Assembly (NCBI GenBank): GCA_040397175.1
Contig: JBBAWM010000010.1
Coordinates: 1 to 11,036, forward strand
DNA from: Candidatus Limnocylindrus sp.
GTDB taxonomy: Bacteria; Chloroflexota; Limnocylindria; Limnocylindrales; Limnocylindraceae
Direction of reading: 5' to 3'
Length of the DNA stretch: 11,036 nt
Positions 6,985-11,036 of the stretch are shown in pieces. Position 1 is the first letter of the stretch. Each line of letters starts with the position of its first letter. Position numbers and translations under genes: made by a program. The notes below the pieces were generated by a model. The model had not been told where the DNA came from and ran no database searches. It saw nothing but the letters and a program-made list of their open reading frames with translations.

Positions 6985-7908
6985 ATGGTGCAGCGCGAGG
7001 AGCTTCTCGAAAAGCTGGCCTCACTGCGGATGGCGTCGCGGGGCGGCGGCGAGCGTTACCCGCACAAGCCGCTGCTCCTGCTGTGGTTGCTCGGAAGGAT
7101 GCAACGGCAGGGAACCACGGTCTGCACCTACGAGGAGGCCGAGGCGCCCGTGAGTCGATTGCTGGATGACTTCGGGCCGCCCTCGGCTAAGAAGTACCGG
7201 GCGGCCATGCCGTTCGTCCACCTGGAGTCCGACCTCTGGGAGCTGGGTGGCGATGACGGCGAGCCGTTGAACGACAACCGGGCCGCATTGTGTCGAGCGC
7301 ATGCCGTCGGGCGACTTCGCCCAGAGGTTGAGGAACTCTTGCGCCGGGATCCCGGACTGATTGCCGAATCGGCGCGCATGTTGATCGACCTCAACTTCAC
7401 GCCGACCTACCTCGACCCGATCTGCGCCGATGTGGGCCTAGACCTGGATGTGGGCCGGGACCTCGACGTGGCGAAAGATGTGGCCGGGCAGCACACGGTC
7501 CGACGGCCAACTCGTGCACGCCGACGTGCCGGCTTCCGCAGTGAGGTGTTGCACGGCTGGCGTAACCGGTGCGCCATGTGTGGCTACGACGGCGCTCTGG
7601 GCCGTGATCCCGCCGGCCTGGATGCCGCCCACGTGTTCTGGCACTCCCAAGGCGGTCCCGATGAGACCGACAACGGTCTGGCGCTGTGCTCGCTGCATCA
7701 CGTGCTCTTCGATCTGGGCGCACTTGGCCTCACTGATGATCTTTCCGTGCGGGTCTCACCGCACTACGTTGCGCGCAGCGAGCAGGGGGAGCGGCTCGTC
7801 TATGACCTTGAGGGCCGTGCGCTCTTTGACCCTGTGCCCCGACACCCGACGCCGAACGCGCAGCATGTCCAGTGGCACACCACGCAGGTGTTCAAGACGT
7901 CGGCGTAG
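6985..7908 (+). CDS. HNH endonuclease with N-terminal sulfur-binding-domain (SBD)-like region; putative phosphorothioate-dependent type IV restriction enzyme
   Basis: N-terminal RYPHKPLLLLWLL..MPFVHLESDLWEL resembles SBD signatures (PHKPxLLL; PFxxL...W). C-terminal R..FR..VL..W..RCAMCG..LDAAHV..GGPDETDNGLALCSLHHVLFDLG is an HNH_2-type Zn/HNH domain. Confidence 0.88.
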   Translation: MVQREELLEKLASLRMASRGGGERYPHKPLLLLWLLGRMQRQGTTVCTYEEAEAPVSRLLDDFGPPSAKKYRAAMPFVHLESDLWELGGDDGEPLNDNRAALCRAHAVGRLRPEVEELLRRDPGLIAESARMLIDLNFTPTYLDPICADVGLDLDVGRDLDVAKDVAGQHTVRRPTRARRRAGFRSEVLHGWRNRCAMCGYDGALGRDPAGLDAAHVFWHSQGGPDETDNGLALCSLHHVLFDLGALGLTDDLSVRVSPHYVARSEQGERLVYDLEGRALFDPVPRHPTPNAQHVQWHTTQVFKTSA

Positions 7909-7980
7909 GGCACCGACAGTCCTTCCTTCCTCGACGTCTTCGGCGGCGGCGTGGTCAGCGGCGCGGATATGGATAGGACG

Positions 7981-8007
7981 TTGATATCGCGGGCGATATC
8001 AAGTTTT
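7981..8007 (+). terminator. Perfect inverted repeat followed by a short T run; candidate intrinsic terminator (or operator)
   Basis: TTGATATCGC-gg-GCGATATCAA (7981-8002) then GTTTT, about 70 nt after the HNH stop codon. Confidence 0.55.
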
Positions 8008-8059
8008 GGAAGGACACAGCGGTCCGGAACTGGCCCGGCCGATGCCGAATTCAGCACCA

Positions 8060-8131
8060 CGCGTGTCAGTCCTCCTTCGTAGAATGAAAAGTACGTAGAC
8101 GAAGGAGAGCGCAATGCCGAGTTGGAGCAGC
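8060..8131 (+). repeat. Copy 2 (intact) of the 72-bp direct repeat
   Basis: 65/72 identical to 3214-3285, with an intact -10 (TAGAAT), SD (AAGGAG) and open reading frame. Confidence 0.95.
8064..8085 (+). promoter_or_regulatory. PafBC-dependent / RecA-NDp-type DNA-damage promoter
   Basis: TGTCAG (8064-8069)-N10-TAGAAT (8080-8085) fits the mycobacterial consensus TGTC(A/G)G-N10-TANNNT in both sequence and spacing. Confidence 0.7.
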
Positions 8132-8266
8132 GACCGTCGGTTCGGCAAGAACCTTGACGAGCAAAAGCGGGACCGCGATCAGCGCTATCGCGACGCGCGC
8201 GCCGAGGCGTCCACGGAATACCTCGCCGACATCGCCTCCGATGGGCCGGACTGCGAGGACGATTAG
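8114..8266 (+). CDS. Unannotated 50-aa highly charged small protein (MPSWSSDRRFGKNLDEQKRDRDQRYRDARAEASTEYLADIASDGPDCEDD)
   Basis: Translated by hand; it is absent from the supplied ORF track. AAGGAG at 8102-8107 lies 6 nt before the ATG, there is a promoter upstream, third codon positions are mostly G/C, and the first six codons are identical in repeat copy 1. Confidence 0.65.
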   Translation: MPSWSSDRRFGKNLDEQKRDRDQRYRDARAEASTEYLADIASDGPDCEDD

Positions 8267-8320
8267 CCTCCCCGCGGCCAGACTCCCTGCGTCGGCCCTG
8301 GCGAGGTGGCAGGAAATCTC

Positions 8321-8536
8321 ATGAACAGCCTCGGCACTGAGAAGTCCGTGGATCTGTTTCCGCCAGCTACTTGGACCAGCCACCCGGCAGCGCGGTACGC
8401 CGGCGCCCACTACCCCGGCCTGCGGCCGACCGGGTCCTGGCGTCTGGACCCCGACGGTGAGCTTCGCGGCCTAGACCCGGACGCATTGGGCTGGCGTGAC
8501 CGCGATACAGCCTGTAATCCAACGGAAGTGGACTGA
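8321..8536 (+). pseudogene. Short ORF, possibly the truncated N-terminus of a larger actinobacterial hypothetical protein
   Basis: AGGAAA upstream of ATG 8321; strongly GC3-biased codons through YPGLRPTGSWRLDPDGELRGLDPDALGWRDRD, after which the composition changes and the frame stops. Confidence 0.35.
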
Positions 8537-8665
8537 CGGCTGGGGAATTGAGTACGACGTCAGCCGGCGATTCATCACGGTTGGTGAATTGCTTACCGGC
8601 AGCCGGGCACCATCGGGCGAATGAATCGTGGCGTTGTTTGGCAGGGCCGCCTGTGCATATCTGTA

Positions 8666-8700
8666 TTGCACTTAACTGCAAACTGTTATACCCTTACGGC
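8666..8700 (+). promoter_or_regulatory. SigA-type leaderless promoter of the toxin-antitoxin-like pair
   Basis: TTGCAC (8666-8671)-N17-TACCCT (8689-8694)-N6-GTG (8701). Confidence 0.7.
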
Positions 8701-9000
8701 GTGCGGATCGACATCCGGGCTAGCGCCGCCGACCACGGCATCACCCCGGACGAAGTCCGCGCAGTCGTGACCTTCCCGGCGCTCCGGCTCACACTCGCGC
8801 CCCGCCGGCCCAACTCCGCACCGATGCTGTATGTCGGACCTGCCGCTCCCAACGAACCATGGATTGAGGTGATCGCCGACATGGCCATCCCCGAGGTTGC
8901 CGAGGTGTTTCACGCCATGATGCTGCGCCGCAGCACCTTTACAGCCGCCCGTCGTTTCGCTCCTGACCTCAAGCCGACATTCACCCGTCAACGCCGATGA
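8701..9000 (+). CDS. Putative type II toxin, RelE/BrnT-like fold (99 aa)
   Basis: MRIDIRASAADHGITPDEVRAVV..LYVGP....WIEVIA..EVFHAMMLR follows the 'SAxxHGI..lxiGP..lEv..vFHAM' pattern of small actinobacterial toxin-like proteins encoded upstream of RHH genes. The promoter supports GTG 8701 rather than 8548 as start. Confidence 0.7.
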   Translation: MRIDIRASAADHGITPDEVRAVVTFPALRLTLAPRRPNSAPMLYVGPAAPNEPWIEVIADMAIPEVAEVFHAMMLRRSTFTAARRFAPDLKPTFTRQRR

Positions 9001-9016
9001 TCCCGAAGGAGGAATC

Positions 9017-9340
9017 ATGACCAAGCGTGGAACGCCTCCCCGTCTGACCGATGTCGAGTACGCCGAGCTGGCCGCCGACTACGAAGCCAACCCGATCACC
9101 ACCGACGAAATTCTGTCCGCCGAAGTCAACCCTGCCTTCCTCCCGACCGGCCGCCCCACCAAAGCGGCCGGCAAGGGTGGCAAGACCCCCGTGATGGCTT
9201 TGCGCTTGCCCGCTGCTCTGCGGGCTGAGGTCAAGCAACGAGTCGCGGCCGGGGAATCGCGATCCGAAGCAGAACTGATACGGCGGGCGCTCATCGAATA
9301 CCTCGAATCGCACCGACCGGCTGGCAAGTCCAGAAGCTGA
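9017..9340 (+). CDS. Ribbon-helix-helix (CopG/BrnA-like) antitoxin
   Basis: AAGGAGG SD; acidic N-terminus, GRP motif, then the RHH pattern VMALRLPAALRAEVKQRVAAGESRSEAELIRRALIEYL; 16 nt downstream of the toxin-like gene. Confidence 0.8.
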   Translation: MTKRGTPPRLTDVEYAELAADYEANPITTDEILSAEVNPAFLPTGRPTKAAGKGGKTPVMALRLPAALRAEVKQRVAAGESRSEAELIRRALIEYLESHRPAGKSRS

Positions 9341-9601
9341 TCTATGAGGTAATGGGCGGCGTGCAACTGGGGACGGAAGCGGCCCGATTGGACGGTGCTG
9401 ATCAGATCGGCCTCGGTGACTTCTCCGTGGAGAAGCGCCACATGGGTCGGGGCTCTCGCTGGGCTGTTCGGGGTGTCAGGTCGTGACCCCAGGTTGCCGT
9501 CCTAGCTTGCCGATACGCCCGCATCGTGGGGACGGAAAGGAGTAAACATCTCCACGGAGGCGTCTTGTCGCGCTCAGCCAGCCATCGGCGCGCTCATTGG
9601 C

Positions 9602-9823
9602 TTAACCGATTTTCGGCGTGTAGCCATCCGGGTTCCACGTGCCCGGTGTGCCCGGGACCGGACTGCAACTGATGCTGTTCATCTTGCAGCTGGTACCCGG
9701 AAAGCCGAGACCGGTGCAGACCTGGTTGATACCCGTCGGCGCCGGGTGCTCGTAGGTGCAGCCGACGCCGGGTCCACGGAGGATGGGCCCACTGAGGACC
9801 AAGCCGGCCAATAGTTCAATCAC
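9602..9823 (-). CDS. Small Cys/Pro/Gly-rich, possibly exported hypothetical protein (73 aa)
   Basis: GGGGGG SD-like run before the GTG; hydrophobic N-terminus (IELLAGLVLSGP); four Cys; PGTPGTWNPDGYTP tail; GC3-biased codons. Confidence 0.55.
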   Translation of the reverse strand: MIELLAGLVLSGPILRGPGVGCTYEHPAPTGINQVCTGLGFPGTSCKMNSISCSPVPGTPGTWNPDGYTPKIG

Positions 9824-9921
9824 GATTCCCCCCGAAGTTCGTTTCCGTATCGATGTCTACCAACGGCTACTGACAAAAGCCGTTCGCTGACGTCGTGAGC
9901 GATGTCACGTAGCCTGCGGAC

Positions 9922-10416
9922 GTGGCACTGTTCGACGTCAATGGGCTTATCGGCCGGGCGACGCAGCGAATGGCTGCCACACCCGTATTCGCTCAGGTGG
10001 CCCCACTGCTTGTGCCGCCGTTGGATCGCGCCCTGTACCGGCTCACCGGCGGCCGGTTTATCGTCGGCCGGCTGCTCGTGCCGAGCCTGGTCCTGACTGC
10101 CACCGGTCGTCGTTCCGGTGAACCCCGCGACGCCCCGCTGGCCTGCCTGCCCGCCGACGGCGGCTGGTATGTGGTCGGCTCGAACTTCGGCCGCACCCAG
10201 CATCCCGCCTGGACGGGCAACCTCATCGCCACCCCGGAGGCGACGGTGTCGTTTCAGGGCCGGACCACCGAGGTGGTGGCCCGCCAACTTTCCGAGGAGG
10301 ACCGCGCCAAGGTGTGGCCGCGCCTCGTCGCCGTCTGGCCGCTCTACGACGCTTACGAGGACCGGGCCGGCCGCGGTCTGCGCGTCTTCCATCTCACACC
10401 CGCTCCGACGGGCTGA
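9922..10416 (+). CDS. F420H2-dependent (deazaflavin-dependent) nitroreductase family oxidoreductase, Ddn/FDOR-A-like
   Basis: LVLTATGRRSGEPRDAPL, VVGSNFGRTQHPAWTGNLIATP and WPLYDAYEDRAGRGLRVFHL motifs; leaderless, with TAGCCT (9910-9915) 6 nt before the GTG. Confidence 0.93.
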   Translation: MALFDVNGLIGRATQRMAATPVFAQVAPLLVPPLDRALYRLTGGRFIVGRLLVPSLVLTATGRRSGEPRDAPLACLPADGGWYVVGSNFGRTQHPAWTGNLIATPEATVSFQGRTTEVVARQLSEEDRAKVWPRLVAVWPLYDAYEDRAGRGLRVFHLTPAPTG

Positions 10417-10471
10417 ACAGCCACGTTGAGAGCAGACGGTTTCACTGCGCGCGAAACAGGTGGCACTTTCT

Positions 10472-10493
10472 TGTAATGGTGTAATCATGTAAT
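10472..10493 (+). repeat. Three TGTAAT direct repeats with 8-bp period directly upstream of ATG 10495
   Basis: TGTAAT at 10472, 10480 and 10488 (TGTAATgg TGTAATca TGTAATt-ATG). Confidence 0.85.
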
Positions 10494-10494
10494 T

Positions 10495-11019
10495 ATGAAA
10501 TCATCTTCTCGTCGGGTTGACCCCGCTGAAATCGCCGACTGGTTCGCCGGTCGATTGCCCACCGACTGGTTCGCCGGTGAACCCGCCGTCACGGTGGATC
10601 GTGAGGAGATCACGGTTATCGGCACCCTGCCCGCGGACGGCGACGCGGAGACGTCGTCGCGTGCATCGGGCCGGGCCGCACGGTTCCGGGAGGACTCCCG
10701 CGGTGAGCGCATCCGGATCGCCGAGGAGGCCCAGCAGCAGTTCGGCCGGACGGTGTCCTGGGGTGTCGAGTTCGGGGACCCCGCCGCACCGGAGCGAATC
10801 CTGTTCACCCACATCGCGGTTCCGGTGATGACCCGGCTCAGGCAGCCCGAGCGCCGGGTGCTCGACACCCTCGTCGACGCGGGGGTGGCCCGCTCCCGCG
10901 CGGACGCGCTGGCGTGGTCGGTGCGTCTGGTCGGCGAGCACACCGAGGAATGGCTGGCGAAGTTGCGCGCCGCGATGGAACAGGTGGACGACGTCCGTGC
11001 GCAGGGACCCGAGCTGTAA
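10495..11019 (+). CDS. Conserved actinobacterial hypothetical protein with RHH-like C-terminal segment
   Basis: WFAGRLPTDWF..VTVDREEITVIG..FREDSR..RIRIA..VSWGV..PVMTRLRQPERRVLDTLVDAGVARSRADALAWSVRLV; core-like high-GC codon usage. Confidence 0.85.
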   Translation: MKSSSRRVDPAEIADWFAGRLPTDWFAGEPAVTVDREEITVIGTLPADGDAETSSRASGRAARFREDSRGERIRIAEEAQQQFGRTVSWGVEFGDPAAPERILFTHIAVPVMTRLRQPERRVLDTLVDAGVARSRADALAWSVRLVGEHTEEWLAKLRAAMEQVDDVRAQGPEL

Positions 11020-11036
11020 GACCCGTATCCGCACCG

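Noticed and set aside
8085-8101. LexA (SOS) box downstream of TAGAAT
   Set aside because: TGAAAAGTACGTAGAC matches the mycobacterial TCGAAC-N4-GTTCGA consensus poorly.
3214-8131. CRISPR array or IS terminal repeats / target-site duplication
   Set aside because: There are only two copies, 72 bp long, in direct orientation and 4.8 kb apart, with no spacers, cas genes or intact transposase.
8548-8700. N-terminal 51-aa extension of the toxin-like ORF
   Set aside because: The region contains the promoter and has non-coding composition; family-like sequence begins at GTG 8701.
9341-9600. att site or gene remnant at the right island border (minus-frame VALLHGEVTEADLISTVQSGRFRPQLHAAHYL)
   Set aside because: No tRNA end, integrase or matching repeat is in the window, and the peptide is too short to assign by eye.
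9820-11034. Minus-strand ORFs 9820-10488, 10485-10943 and 10501-11034
   Set aside because: They are antisense shadows of the F420 reductase and conserved hypothetical genes.

Overview
High-GC actinobacterial DNA, most consistent with Mycobacterium/Mycolicibacterium (leaderless TANNNT promoters, an F420-dependent Ddn-like gene, a PafBC/RecA-NDp-type promoter). Positions ~1-9400 look like an accessory defence/stress island. In order it holds the 3' end of a DUF3427 helicase-type gene, a two-gene operon of domain fusions (EEP nuclease + unknown domain; unknown domain + Ada-like Zn domain), a frameshifted ISL3 remnant, a class II Fic gene, a DUF2075 nuclease-helicase followed by an SBD-HNH (phosphorothioate-type) endonuclease, an unannotated 50-aa ORF and a toxin-first BrnT/RelE-like + RHH pair. 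From ~9900 the genes look like core genome. The most notable non-coding signals are: (i) a 72-bp direct repeat (65/72 identical) that carries a PafBC-type promoter and the start of a micro-ORF and brackets the fic/helicase/HNH block; (ii) a multi-hairpin leader that sequesters the Shine-Dalgarno of the DUF2075 gene; (iii) a 13-4-13 AT-rich palindrome over the fic promoter; (iv) three phased TGTAAT repeats over the last gene's promoter. All family assignments come from motif recognition by eye; no searches were run.
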